Source: Podarcis liolepis
Taxonomy: Eukaryota
Direction: 5' to 3' (one strand)
DNA length: 64,000 nt
Assembly: GCA_965112155.1 (NCBI GenBank)
Contig: OZ218104.1
Both the position numbers and the translations under genes were made by a program. Below are positions 10,001 to 23,954 of this stretch, one piece after another (the stretch's first letter is position 1; each line of letters opens with the position of its first letter). The notes beneath the pieces are model-generated. The model was not told the origin of the DNA. It did not search any database and saw only the letters and a list, made by a program, of their open reading frames with translations.

Positions 10001-13000
10001 CAGGGGAGGGGAAGTTGCTCTTGTGCTCAGGTCCTCCTTGCAGGTTTCTCACATCTGGTTGGCTACTGTGAGAATAGGAAATAGGATGCTGGGCTAGATG
10101 AGTCCCCTTTGGCCTGATCCAGCAGACTCTTCTTATGTTCATATGCTAGAAGAATAGTTTGTGGACTACTAGCCAATAATGCTGTCTTTTCTCTGCTCTC
10201 TTCCAGGAGGAGGTGAGATCTTCTGGAAAGGTTGGGGTAAAAGAGGGCCAAGGTGACAAGGTGAGGAATCATATATGGAGCGTGAGTTAGTAATTTTGCT
10301 TACATAGCTGTAGCATCTTAGAAGAAATTGAGCTACTGATCAGGGAAACTCCAGTTCTGACCTCTCCTGTCATGCATTTTTGAGTCCTTGTGCCCATCGC
10401 TTTTTCAGATAACGCTCCGTGGTGACCTGGAAGTAACGGAGAGCGTTACTTCCGGGTTTCACTGCTCGCGCATGCACAGATGCTCAAAATGACATCATGC
10501 GCATGCACGGAAGCGGCAAATCACGACCCGCACATGTGCAGATGCGCAGACACGGATTGCGTTCGCTTCAGGATGCCAACGGGGCTCTGGAACGTTCGCA
10601 TCCAGAGGTACCACTGTATAGTTAAATAGGTTCGTTTGAACCACGACTTGTTAAGTTTGCTCTTTGATATATTCAGCTTGAGACAGTGTTGAAACATCCT
10701 TTTTGCATTTTTAATTTGTTTTTAAACAAATAAAGAACAGTGTTGAAACATTAACAGAAAGAAATATCAGAGGGGAAGTTGGAAATGTGGAATTGAAGGA
10801 AGGACAAAAGATCTAAGGTACAGAAGAAAAGCTGAGTGTCATCAGCATATGGGTAGTATTGAAAGCCACAAGAATTCAATATAAACGGTTGAAATTCTCA
10901 TATTGCATTGTGAGAATGACATTTTACAAGGCAGTTTGAATTCAATTTCTTTTGAATGGGAACATTGGCAAATGACCTATGGAGAGTTTTGTAAGGTGTT
11001 CTACTTTGGGGAGAAGTTTCTTGAGGAATTTCTCCAAGCACACACACACACATAATTTCTTTCAGTGGTATTCCAGACCTTTAGGGGCTGAGAATCAAAA
11101 CCCTGCTTGTCCCTGCTTACCATGTACAGTAGTACTTAAGACTTCATTGATGCTAATCCTTTCCTGGAGAGCTCTCAGTAAACGGTTCCTTCTGAGGGCT
11201 TCTTTGTATGTTCCAGACTCCTGAGCTATCAATGCCTAAAAGGAAGCAAGCAAAGCCTTCTGCACTCTGGCGCTTGTTACACAGTCAGGAATTGTAGCCT
11301 TCATAACATGCCTTTGCAGTTGCTGCTCCTTGTTCAGACCATTCTGGATGCCACAGTCATCTGGAAGATTGGATTGCTGACGTGGATATTGTCTTTCCAT
11401 TGATGCCATCAGTTATTCTGAACCCACAGATGCTGGGGGGGGGGTGTTGTATAAGTGTAGGTAAATGAAGACCTCACTTGCCAAGGACCAAAGGAACCTT
11501 TCCCCCAAGTCATCAGAACTCTTCTGATGTCACTTCCATGCCACCACAAAGAAACAAAAACAACCTCGGCTCAGTCCTGGGACGTGCTTTAGAAATTATC
11601 AAAATTAAGTAAAAATGTAGCTGGATGCATAAACCTTTGCACAATTTTGTCAAGGTGAGGTGGGATTATGAAGGGGGTTGTGCAACTGAATTCACTGGGG
11701 AAAAGGGAAGCCTCTGCACTTCATTCCATGTCCCACTGAAAACAATGAAGAGCACACCTAAAAAAATGGTGTCTTCTGAAATAATAATAATAATAATAAT
11801 TTTTATTTATACCCTGCCCTCCCCAGCCGAGACTGGGCTCAGGGCAGCTAATATCAGGTATAAAAACAATTAATTAAAATACAACTTAAAAACAGGATTA
11901 AAGTACAACTTAAAATGCAGCCTCATTTCAGTGGAAGCCCAGATCAAAAACTGTTTGGGGGGTGAAAACGTCAAATATTCACCAAGGCCAACTATCCAGA
12001 CTGGTCCTACGTGGGCCGGAAAAAAGCCAGGGAAGTCCCCAAATAGGGGTTCCATCACAGAAGGAAAAGTAAAGAGAGAGGGGGATCAGGCTGATTCCAA
12101 GCCAAAGGCCAGGCGGAACAACTCTGGCTTACAGACCCTGCGGAAAGAAATCAGATCCCACAGGGCCCTAGTCTCATGAGATAGAGCATTCCACCGGGCC
12201 AGAGCCAGTGCTGAAAAGGCCCTGGCCCTGGTTGAGGCTAATCTGACTCCCTTAGGGCCCAGGACCTCTAGAGTGTTGCTATTTATGGACCTTAAGGTCC
12301 TCTGCGGGGCATACCAGGAGAGGCAGTCCCGTAGGTACGAGGGTCCTATACGAGGGACATTATGCTCAAAAGCAAGGTGATCTATGGTGCTCTGTGGAGT
12401 TTCTGTGGAAATCTGAACTCACAGGAATACTGTGCTGAAATAAATGGGCAGGTTTCACATATCCCAGCCTTACACCTTGCTGGTGTGCTGGATATACCCA
12501 GAAAGGCATCTCTGCAATTTCCACTACATTCTGACATCCCTATCAACAGTATGTAAGTTTGCATTCCAAGCACCATTCCTTCAGTTGCCCCCGATGCAGG
12601 GAAACCACAGCAGCCACCAGCTGCCTCAGCCTGCCTGGTTTGGCTTCTTTAGAGCTGACCATCCCATGGGAAGCATCTCACACTTAACTGGTTTGGTGGG
12701 AGGAAGCAGTGGTCAAGCCACAAACCCTCACATATAATAAGAGCCTTTTGCTGTGCCCAGAAATCTGCCAGGGAAAGGAGACGGAGCCAGCTGCCTTTCA
12801 GACAACTGAGTCCCTTCACTAGTTCACTGGAGGCTTCCACCCAACACCCCCTTCACTAATAAACTGCTTGGCCTGTACTTGGGAATGGACTATAGGAGGG
12901 GTCAAACTGATCATATCACAAGGGAATCAGAGAAGGTATTTGCTTAACCCCCCAATGCTGCATTTAATATTTTCCCGATTGCATTAAAAATAGCCAAAGT

Positions 13001-16000
13001 TTGATCATTTGTGTCACTGCCCATCATACTGACAGTCACAAAAATGCATAAACATTACAGAGTGATTGATAGTTAAACTTGTAGATGGATGAAAGAAGTC
13101 CTTGCCCATGGGGTGTACGTCAATGAAGGAATTATTCTAGTAAACCCGCACATGTTTGCAAACAAATAAAGCAACACTGCTGAAGAAAAACATTCTCTCC
13201 TGACCCTTGATGGACCCTTGCGCCACAGCCAGCATCACCATAAACATATGTGAGGAAAAAGCAGGGATGCCTTTCTTAAGGTGGTGCCCACCACATATTG
13301 ATTTTTTTAATGTACTTAAATTCAAAGCAAGTTTCTTTTTTAAAATTAAAAACTGCTGTCCAATTCATGGTGGCATCTTTTTAATTGATCAAAATGTTTT
13401 AAATGTCAGCTCTCTAACCTGGTGCCCTCCAGATGTTTTGCCTTGGTGCCTAGGGTAGATGAGACTTGCCATCCAAAACATCTGGAAGGCACCAAGTTGT
13501 AGAAGGCTGCAATAACTAATTGCTTGACTGCTTGTCAATTAGTTAATACAGCCTTCTCAACTCGCTTACCTGAGGAAAAGCCCCCACTGAACACAGCAGG
13601 ATGTACTTCTGAATAAACATGCACAGAACTGCATTATAATTGTTGCAGCCTTTATTAGAAAGCATCTTCCTTTCCAGTTTTCTAATTGTTTTGTTCTTTT
13701 TGCAGTGTCCCCCATGCTCACAGAAGTCACAGCTTTCAAATGTAAGTCAACGGGCTGGTGTTAATATCACATTGATTTTCTAATGAGCCCTTGGATAAGG
13801 CAGGCTGATGGATGTCAGTTGCTGATGGTTCAAGAAGCAACATGGGCTCTCTTTAACTTCCAGGAGTGGGATCCATGCATTTGTGGATTTGGAAAAAAAT
13901 AATAATCTCCATAGGTCCAGTGGGCAGGAACTCGGGTCCAAGAGTAACTGTTCCTGGAAAACTGTTAATTAGGCAGGAGATGAGCTGAGCTGGTGGTCAA
14001 GAAGGCAAGGTCATGCTCAGAACAAGAAAGTACTCTGGGTTTGGCATCTCTGGTTGCCAACTGGATATTCCACACCCACCAACATTCCTCAGATGTAAAT
14101 AGGGACATTTCTTACTCTTCTCCAACTGAAGCTCCTTGATCCTGCTGAGTATTTCCTATGAGAAGAAGGGTAAGGCAAGACCAGCCTACCTCTTAGGGTT
14201 GTTGTAACCCCACAATAACCCCCCTCTCTTTTTAAAAAAGACCCACAATCTTGCTTGCTTCAAGAGTTGGCCAAACACTGTTGGTACTCTTGGGAACATT
14301 GTCCCACCTACATCCCTTTCTTTCTGGTGTTAGAGCAACATCATGACTGCTTTGCTGCCCCAGCTGCAAATGTAGTTGAATGTGCAGTTCGCCAAATTAG
14401 AGAAGCAACTTCTAGTTGTGAGCAATGTTGAAATCACCTGACACCCCCCCCCACACACAGAGAGAGACACAGGGCCTCTAATGGGACAAGGCTGTATTCT
14501 TAGATCCTTCCTCATTTGGCAGCCGAACTGCTGACTCAAAAGGCTTCTCAGCAGCTGCAGAATTGTAACCTCAACAGGGACCATTGATTCATTCATTGAT
14601 TCATTCATCCCAGTGGCGGGTTCCTTCCCCGGAACCTGGATTTCCATCTTCATTCTCCCCTGCCCCCCAAGTCCTTTTACCTGTCCCAGTTGGCTGAATA
14701 TCCAACTTTGCCCGCATGGTTTCTAAAAGGAGCTGTCCCTGTGATCCCACCCCCCATCCTTCCACCACTTTCCCCTGTTCCTTCTGGCTTGCATCCACTG
14801 GAACATCTGGATCACTGAAGAAATCCGTGATGGCTTCCAGATGTCAGCAAGGGTTCCCATGGCAACAACTTTGGCACATGGAACCACAGAGGATGAAAGG
14901 AAGAGGTGGGGAGGAGAGGCTGCATCAATGCTACTCTTTGCACTTTTCCCTTTCCTTGCTTACTTTGGTTACTCTTCTGCAGGGCTAGATGGTGGGACTG
15001 CCAAGCAGTTGCACAGGAATTTGTGGGAGGGGAAGCCACAGATCTGAGTCTTGGTGGCTTTGCCAGAGTCCCTTTTAGCCATTACTCCCCAGATGTAATG
15101 GGGACCCTGTGGCTTGACCCTCAACATGAACTGAGGGACAGGGGCAGATTGGTGTGTGAGAGAAAAGGACAATAAGAAGCTTCCTTATTCCAGTCAAATC
15201 ATTGGCCCAGCTAGGTCCATATTGCCCACAATGACTGCCTCTTTCTCAGCCCTATCTGGAGATATTGGGGGTTGAACATGGGACCTCCTGCTCTACCACT
15301 GAACAATTGTCCTCCCTTAAAAAGCCCACTTTATTCCATGCCAGACCATTTGTCCATCTAACTCAGGATTGTCTCCAGTGACAGGCAGTGCCTCTCTTGG
15401 TAGAAGATAAAAGACCTACCCAGCCCAGAAATGCCCAAGATGAGCAAGGTGTGGTGTTTTGGTCCTTCTGGCTTGCCGTACAAAGCTCAAGCCCTGGGCT
15501 CTTAGTTTCCATCTGCATTACAAGTGGCAGCTGGCTACATGACTTTCCCCTCCATAACCGTATTGTATTAGAGTTATTGTTGTTTGTGCATCCTCTTTGT
15601 GGCCTCTCCTTTGCGATACTTCTCAGCAGGGGACTTCTGTATACAGAAAATATGCTCTGCTGCCACTGAGAGCTGCCCTTTCCTTGACTGCAGGCTCTGA
15701 TCTCTACCTCCAGACCTTTCTTGCTCCTAGTCTGAAGGGAGCCAGCATCTGACATATTTAAGAGCTTCTTACAAAGGCCACCAGTTCACTCTTGATGAAA
15801 TGCAAGGTGCTGAATCGTCTCAGCAGCCCTGGGCCACAACTGCTCCCTCCCAACTTGTGCACAACAATATCTCTGAACTTGTTAAGCACCCTATCTCCAT
15901 GACTGAGCCACTGGCTCCTGCTTGTAACCTTGGAGAGCCCCTGTCAGTCAGTGTAAGCAGTACTGAGCTAGATGGTCTGAGGCAGCAGAAGGCAGCATCT

Positions 16001-19000
16001 TATGCTGCTTTATAACCAGTCTGTTGGTTAGCCTGAAAGCTCTAGCAGAGACCTGCACAACCTAAGATGCTTGGTGAGCTGAATGCAGACACTATACCAG
16101 ACTTGTATTGTGGTGGAGAGGGGGGTTATATTGCAAGGTTCTGCCCACCCTCACATTAGGGTTAGGATGAAGTGAAATGCACTCTGGGCATGCTCAGGGG
16201 CTGCCTTTTCACATTGGTGACCTAAAAATGAGCTAGGGCTTGTCTTCCCCCTCTCAGATTAAGCTCAAGCCACTCTGAAAATGCAGGCTTTTGGGTGAGA
16301 TTCTCTGTTCTCTGAAAGATGCTTAAAGCACTCGGTCTTATGTGACTTCCAGTCATAAGAATAAGTTTGCCTCCTTATGAACCTTCCTCCTGGCAAAGGA
16401 GGCCCTACGGAGCCAATGGATACAGCAGCTGCAGAATAGTAACTTTTGACAGGGGCTTTTCATTCATCTCAGTGGCAGCCAATTTTCCACTGGTATGTTT
16501 TAAACTGAAAGTCAAAGCTCAGGGTCTATCTTTACTTCAGTGTGTGAATGTGTGTGTGGTGGAGGGAGGGAGATGCTGTATGATTGCATGGATGGAACAT
16601 ATGGATGCCAGAACCATCTGCAGTGGGTCTTGAAGTGGAGATGTGCAAGGAGTTTTGAACCTGGATGCCATCACATTGCCCTGACTAGAAGAGTGAACAG
16701 TAATGAAACTAGCCAGTCCTGATTTCCTCACTTAGACCCACATCTTTTAGCATCTCCTTCTCTTTGCCACAGATTACCTCCTTGCATATCCACTTTGCCT
16801 CTAATCTATGTAGCTATGCAGACATCTTGCCCCTAACTTTAGCAAGCAGATGGAGCCCCATGGGCCTGACCCAGCCACCAAAGCCTGTGACTAATGCTGG
16901 CCTCCATCTTCTCCATCCGTTTCTGGATCCTTTTTCAGGTTGTTCCAGCAGTGTTTATAAGAGGCCCTCCCTCCCTCTCTCAATAAGACACCTACATTTT
17001 CCATCCTTGCAGCTTGACTAACTTTTCCATTTGTCTTTTCCTTGGGGGAAGGAGGAAAGAGTTCGCTCTATCTTCTTTATGGCAGCCTCTTAAGTTTGAG
17101 GCCTGTTATGTTACCTTTTAATCTTCTTTTCTCTAGGCTCACGTTACACAGCCCCTGATAGTTTTAACGTTTTGTCGGCCTGGATACTTGCTTTTCAGTC
17201 TGTTCCCGTTTGACCTGATTCCTCCTTTTACTTACTCTTGGCATGCAGAATGATCACCGAGGCGTCTAGCAGATGCATTAATTTTGTTTTTATCTCTTCA
17301 GGCCACGCTGGGTCCACCGGGCTTAAAGGTAAGTCTTTCACCTAAGCAGAATCCCAAATGGTGGCGGCTGCTTCAGGCTCCACATTCCTAATCTTATGCA
17401 GTTAACATTCCTAGAAGAATTGGCTGTCTGGCTTGCCATCATTAGTAGGGCTAAAAAGGACTGCTGATCACTCTGCATTTCCTTTTAAAGCCTTCTTCTT
17501 ATTAGATTAAATAAACAAACAGACTACAACATAATAAGCATGTAAATTACCTTATCCAGAACGTTCCCCAAATTGTAGTGCATATTTGTGTATTGATACT
17601 AACAGGCAATAATGCAGGCCATGTGCTCAGACGTCAACCACTCCTTTCCTCATTGTTACTAGGGATTTGTTATTTTCTCTTACTGCATAATTATTGTCAT
17701 CGCTTGCAGTGGTTCTCAACCTGTGGGTCCCCAGATGTTGTTGGACTACAACTCCCATCATCCCCGAGCTCTGGCATTGCTAGATAGGGGTGATGGGAGT
17801 TGTAGTTCAACAACATCTGGGGACCCACAGGTTGAGAAAGCCTGGGAAGTTTTTGAATATTAAGCAGTTTATAAATGTTTATATTGTTAACTGCAGATAC
17901 TGCACACAATCCAACTTCTGTCATTTGCGAATATTTTTATTTCAGGATGTTTGTAATTATTTTAAGGTAAGGGTGGCTAGAGTGTTCCTACTGGCGCACA
18001 TTATATATTTGAAGCACATTGATTCCCCCCAAAGAATCCTGGGATTTGTAGTTTGAGAACCCTGGGAACTGTAGCCAGCACCCTCACAGAGATACAAAGC
18101 TCAGCACCCTTAGCAAACTAAAATCCTTGGGATTCTTTGAGAGGTCATGTGTTTTAAATGGATAGACTTGTAAAGAAGGCAAACAACCGCTGATGTTAGA
18201 AAAGCTGCTAAACCTGCTATTCATTTTCAGACTAGAGACCTCAAGCCAAGATTGTGGCTGATGCTTATGCACACCTTAATCAACAGACTGGGGGAGAAAT
18301 TCCTTCCAATGCCACCCACCCATGCTGTTGCTGTCATCCTGTCTTTCTCTTTCTCTCTCTCTTTCTCATCCCCTCTCTATCTAAATCCCACCCACCTTTC
18401 ACTCCCTGCTCCTAACTGGAGAGAGAGTATGCGAAGGGCAAGGATGGCATTTACGTCTGAAAGAGATTAATAAACTAGCATATGTGTTTGCATCCAGACA
18501 TCAAGTGATGTCATGTTTTTGTATTGTGCGCTGCTCACATCCACAGCATGTGGGCTTTTGTGTTTGATTTGTGCGCTCCGGAAGTGTCTTCTGCCTAGAG
18601 CTTCTGTTTTCTTTTCAATGGCATGACAACAGTACTTTTCTCAGGGAGTTCCTTCTCTCTTTTCGTGCAGGGTGGGAAAGGCGAACGTGGACCACCAGGC
18701 ATCTATGGATCCAAAGGGGAGAAAGGCGATCGTGTAAGTACAGCATGGTTCTCCTCGCTCTGTCACACTTGGAACTTTGCTGACATGCTTTGGGGAGCAA
18801 CACTTTTACCATGTGGGAGAATTGGCATATCCAAATCCCAATGCCAAACCTTTGTTTGACATCATCACCATCATCATCATCATCATCATTGTTATGTACT
18901 TTGTGGTTTTGTTCTGTATTTTAAAGTATTTTTAATCTGTGAACTGCCCTGGGAACTTCAGATGAAGGGTGATATACAAATTTAATCCAGGCTGGCCCAC

Positions 19001-22000
19001 ACTCAAACCTGTAACACTATTATTAATTTTCCAGGGTGCTGACTGTGTCCGGATCTCACCTGAAGCTCCATTACAGGTGAGCTGCTGCCCAACCCTGGAG
19101 AGAGGTCATGCCTGTTTGGCTTCTCTCGCCTCTTCTTTGTCCAGTGTTGCTGTCCTACTAACTCCCTGTCTGTTTGTTCCTTATCTTTTCTGAAGTGTGC
19201 TGAAGGCCCACCGGGAGAGAAGGGAGATCAAGGAGAAAAGGTGAGCATGTATATACAGCAGGCTTTGCCAACTAGTGCCTTCCAGAAATTTTGGACTACA
19301 ACTCCCATCAACCCCTAGTGCCAAACTGTTTAGGGCTTTACACACCATTGGCTCTTGCACCACCCACTTTTGCCTTGGACTCCGCCCACGCTCCACTCTG
19401 GCTCCACCCACCGCCAGCTTGCATCCCCTACTCTGTGCTTACTCTGTGCATTATGGACCAGAGGGAGGGAGAAGGCTCCTGCTAGGACTGTGAAAATGGG
19501 TGAGCTTTCCTGCCCAGGTATTTTTCAATTTCAAGTTGAAAATTATTTTGAATGAAATTTCTCTTCAGCCTTACCTGCAATAGATTAGTAGCAATCTTAA
19601 ATGATTAGTTACCAATCTTAAATGACCCCCTCCTGCCTGTGCTTAATAAAAACCCACTTGATCAGAATGTACTACCATTGTTATCACTGTGACATTTTGT
19701 TTTCTGCATGCAGATAATTGTTTAGTGTGGAAAACAATCTGATCATGTGAGACCCTCATTTGCAACCTGAAGGGTTGCAGCTCAGCTGCAGATTTACCAC
19801 CTTTGTAAGGATTAAGGGATGAAGACAGAGAGACTATCCCCAGGGGCCCAAACTCTGATAGCCTGCCCTTGTTCATCATCTGGCATTGGACAGAACTTTT
19901 TTAGACTGACCTTTGATGCCAAAGAGTGCTGTGGGACCCAGAATTTTGCATACGCCTGCATCTTGCTTTCAGAGACTGGTCCACTCAGCGGCTTCTTCAT
20001 TCATTCTTCCGAGTTCTCTAGTTAATAAGCTCCACAGACATCCATGCATAGATGCATCAAATTCAGCCCCTACTCCTTAGCCTTCTTGGTTTAGCCTGAC
20101 CTTAGCAGGTCTGTGTCCATCGAATGTCACTTCAACTTGGCCCAAGTCACCCTGCTCTGACCTTTTGCTGACCAGCCACCTGCCTCTTTGCAATCTCTAG
20201 TTTGCTGTTTTGCAAAACGTCTGTTCTTCTTTCCCACTTTGAAAGCTGCTGATTTGAATAAAGGCCAGTGTGTGCTGGGCCAAAGTTTATACTGTGAATG
20301 ATAAATATTTAGTCACGGCATCCTGTGGTCAGGCCTGTCATGACACTGTGTGTCTCGGTGTGTCTGTGCCTGGCCAGCTGCATCCTGCCCTGTCCTCTTA
20401 ATGCATTAACAAAAACCAGAAATATAGTGGCACTATATATTTTGTCAGAGCCAAGGACTTTTGCTTTGTATTTCAAATTGATATGAAAAATTTAGCCTCT
20501 CTCACTTAAGAACTGCTGATGGCAAACCATCCTCCTCTCTGCCTGTTCCCTCTCTCATCTCCCTTTGGCCTCCTCCATTCTCCCAGAATCCAACCTTCCT
20601 TTCCTCTTCTCTTCTGCCTTTTCAGGCCTCTGCCTCCTCTTTTTCTAGGCCCTTGCTGCTGCTTCACCTCTCTCTCTGAGATCACAGCAATTCAACCAAT
20701 GGCAGCCAGAACCCATTCCTTATGTGACAGGTAGGCAGCTTAGCTAATGGTTGACAGAGGCTTCACCACTTCCGCTGCCACCATATTCCGTTTAATGCTC
20801 TACAGTAGCCCCAGTCTTGATCTATAGGGGCTTGGGTCCCATGTAGAAACTGGAAGCAATAAACAGAGACCTTTCTGGCCTAAGCAGGTCAAGTCAGGAC
20901 CCTGGACAGCTCCTAATGGGATGTGATGGGAAAGCTGTGGAAAATGTTGTCTCAGTAAAGGGGCAGAGAATAGATCCACACTACACATTTAAAGCATATT
21001 CAGTGCACATTTAAGGCATGTAATTTTCCCAAAGAATCCTGGGAACTGTAGTTCATTCAGAGTGCTGGAAATGGTAGCTCCAGAACAGGTGTGGATCTGC
21101 CTTGAGCTACTTATTTCAGCTACCCAAGTTATTTATTTATTATTTCATCCCCCACGCCCCCCCCCCTCAATGAATATCAACAGATGATCACAGAGTGGGT
21201 ACAAATGAAGAGGAAAAAAATCAATTAAAACAGTACAGTCATTAAAAATATATATATATAACAAAAGTATACTTATTACTGTCTGAGCACGATGGGAAAG
21301 CTGTCATGGCCTCAGGCTGGGATGGTGTAGAAAGGGATGCTAATAACTCCCCTCCCCCTCCAAATGACAGTTGTGAAAGTCCTTAGGCTTATATGTATAT
21401 CCTTATATATGATGAAACCAGCCCTCAGCATTTGGGATAGCATGGACTTAACAAATCTACACCACTAATAAATAATCCATTATGTTTCTAACAGGGACCT
21501 CCGGGATTGGCTGGAACAGTTGGCCAAAAGGTAAGCACCCCAGCTTTGAGAAGGAATAGTTGGCTCAAGGGAAGACGCTGACCCCTTGAAAGTTATTCTC
21601 CCATGACAGAAGGTCCTGCTACAAGAACTTTATTTATTTGTCTTGTTTATTTATTTCCTGCGTCTTGATGCTACCTTTCATCCAGAATGCTCCCAAATTG
21701 CCTCCTAGCTTTCAGAGAAATGACTTACAAGAGCTCTCCAGGGGAGCTGTGATATTAGCTAGAAGAACTGAGGGCCTCTGGCTGGCTACAAGGACTGGAT
21801 GTCAGACAGGGAAGCAGGGGTGCCAGACTGTGGCAGTAATGAGGATGACCCTAGAGTGGCCTTCCCCAACCTGGCACCCTCCAGATGTTTTGGACCACAA
21901 CTCCCATCATGGAAGTTGATGAAGGCTGTACTGGAGTGAGGCCAAGGCAGAAACTGAATTAATTGCTAAGACATGTCATCTCTTGTTTTCTTTAGGGGCA

Positions 22001-23906
22001 AAAGGGTGATAAGGGTGACTTTGGTCTTCAAGGAAAACCAGGAAGCCCAGGGCGCGATGTAAGTTGTGCAATTTTGATTCTCTCTCTTTTACATTCTCTT
22101 CTTCCAGCCCTCCTTCTCTTTTTCTTCCTTCTCTGTACTTAGGATTGTACCCTGAATACCATGCATTTGGGGACCATTTCTGACTTTTCAGGGGTTAAGT
22201 GCACCAGAATTCGTCACTGCCCTTTTGTATGGGTGCAGGATCAGCTTCCTTCATTATTATTTTTTTAACTGTATTTTGCCACTACCTGCTCAGTTATTTT
22301 GGCATTTTTGGGTGTGTGAGAGATGGCTGCCATGATTACCCTTCCCCAAATGCCTGAGAACAGCAAGGCATCTGCATAATTTGGGGGTTAAGAAAATAGC
22401 CCACAGGACAACCAAGAGCAAAGTCTTGTTCCTGCCACGGCATGAAAGAAAATTAAAAATAAGAAGTGCCCCCCACATGACAGCAAAGCCAATACACAAA
22501 CATCCTACAAAGAAAACAGTGAATTCCTCTCCTGTTCAGAGGCCTGGATTTACTTCCCCCAGCACAAAGATTGTTTGAGCGTTAACTTTGAGTGATTCTC
22601 CTCACAGTCCTATTCCTCACAAATTAAGATCTGGAGAGTCCTGCACATGCTGCAGTGTTCACTGTGTGGCTTTTTGGCTCCCTTGCCAGATTTGGGCAGG
22701 GTCTTCTTCCATCATGTCTTCACTTCTCTGAATCTGCCAGGAAGACCCTTACTTAGGCTATATACACATTTAAACACAACAAGGTGGCCTTTGCATGTTA
22801 CTGTACACACTAGAGACGCAGGTGGCGCTGTGGTCTAAACCACTGAGCCTCTTGGGCTTGCTGATCAGAAGGTTGGCGGTTCGAATCCCCGCAACGGGGT
22901 GAGCTCCTGTTGCTCTGTCCCAGCTCCTGACAACCTAGCAGTTTGAAAGCACACCAGTGCAAGTAGATATACAGGTACCACTGCGCCAGGAAGGTAAACA
23001 ATATTTCTGTGCGCTCTGGGACTTGTCACCGTCCTCCGTGCACCAGTAGCAGTTTAGTCATGCTGGCCACATGACCCAGAAAACTGCCTGTGGACAAACA
23101 CCAGCTCCCTTGGCCTGAAAGTGAGATGAGCGCCACAACCCCATAGTTGCCTTTGACTGGACTTAACTATCCAGGGGTCCTTTACCTTTACCTTATACAC
23201 AACAAGGTGGCCTTTGCATGTTACTGTACACACTAGCGAAGGGGTGGGAATGTCTTCCCCTGATGCTCACCACCTGATTGGCAATGCATGCCTGCAAACC
23301 CCCCCCCAAAAATGAAGCTGTCATCTGTGCATGTACAATGACTGTCCCAAACATACACACCTCAGTGAATGTGGCTTAACGTTACAAACACCAGCTGTGG
23401 GAGCACACTGAAGCCAGAGTAAATGGTAATGTGTACACAGTCATAGAGCTGCTCTACACATGCATGAACATTACTTGATTAGAACTGGGGCAAATCTGTT
23501 CGTTTTGGTGCATTTCTGTTTCTTGTTTTTCACATCTCAAGTTCAGATCACCACATTTCTGCATAATTTTGTGGTGCTTTTTTAGAAAAAATTATCATGA
23601 AAATTTGTCAGCAGGTTAGTGCATATATCTCCCAATGCAGAAGCTTTTGCATGCAATTTTGCCTAATATACCATTTGTGTAAGCAAACTCCCCTAGTATT
23701 GATTATTATGCACACTCTCCGCTAATATATGCATTTCTGTATGCAGTGTTTGGTTGAAGAACTGTATTACAAGATTTGTAGACGTGTAAATTTTGAAGGA
23801 TAGTTGCATTTTGGTTTGCATGTTGCCTCAGGAAGTGTGAATTAGATAGCTTCACAATAAAATGTGAACTGGGCCAACTTTCTTCCCATCCCTACTGTGA
23901 ACAGAG

Positions 23907-23954
<48 letters not shown>

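Noticed and set aside
19585-19625. Short local tandem duplications (also 26112-26165, 30982-31026)
   Set aside because: Ordinary slippage products with no evident function
22814-22895. tRNA-like A/B boxes (also 29620-29688, 49119-49190)
   Set aside because: They are SINE heads fused to LINE-derived tails and do not form complete cloverleafs
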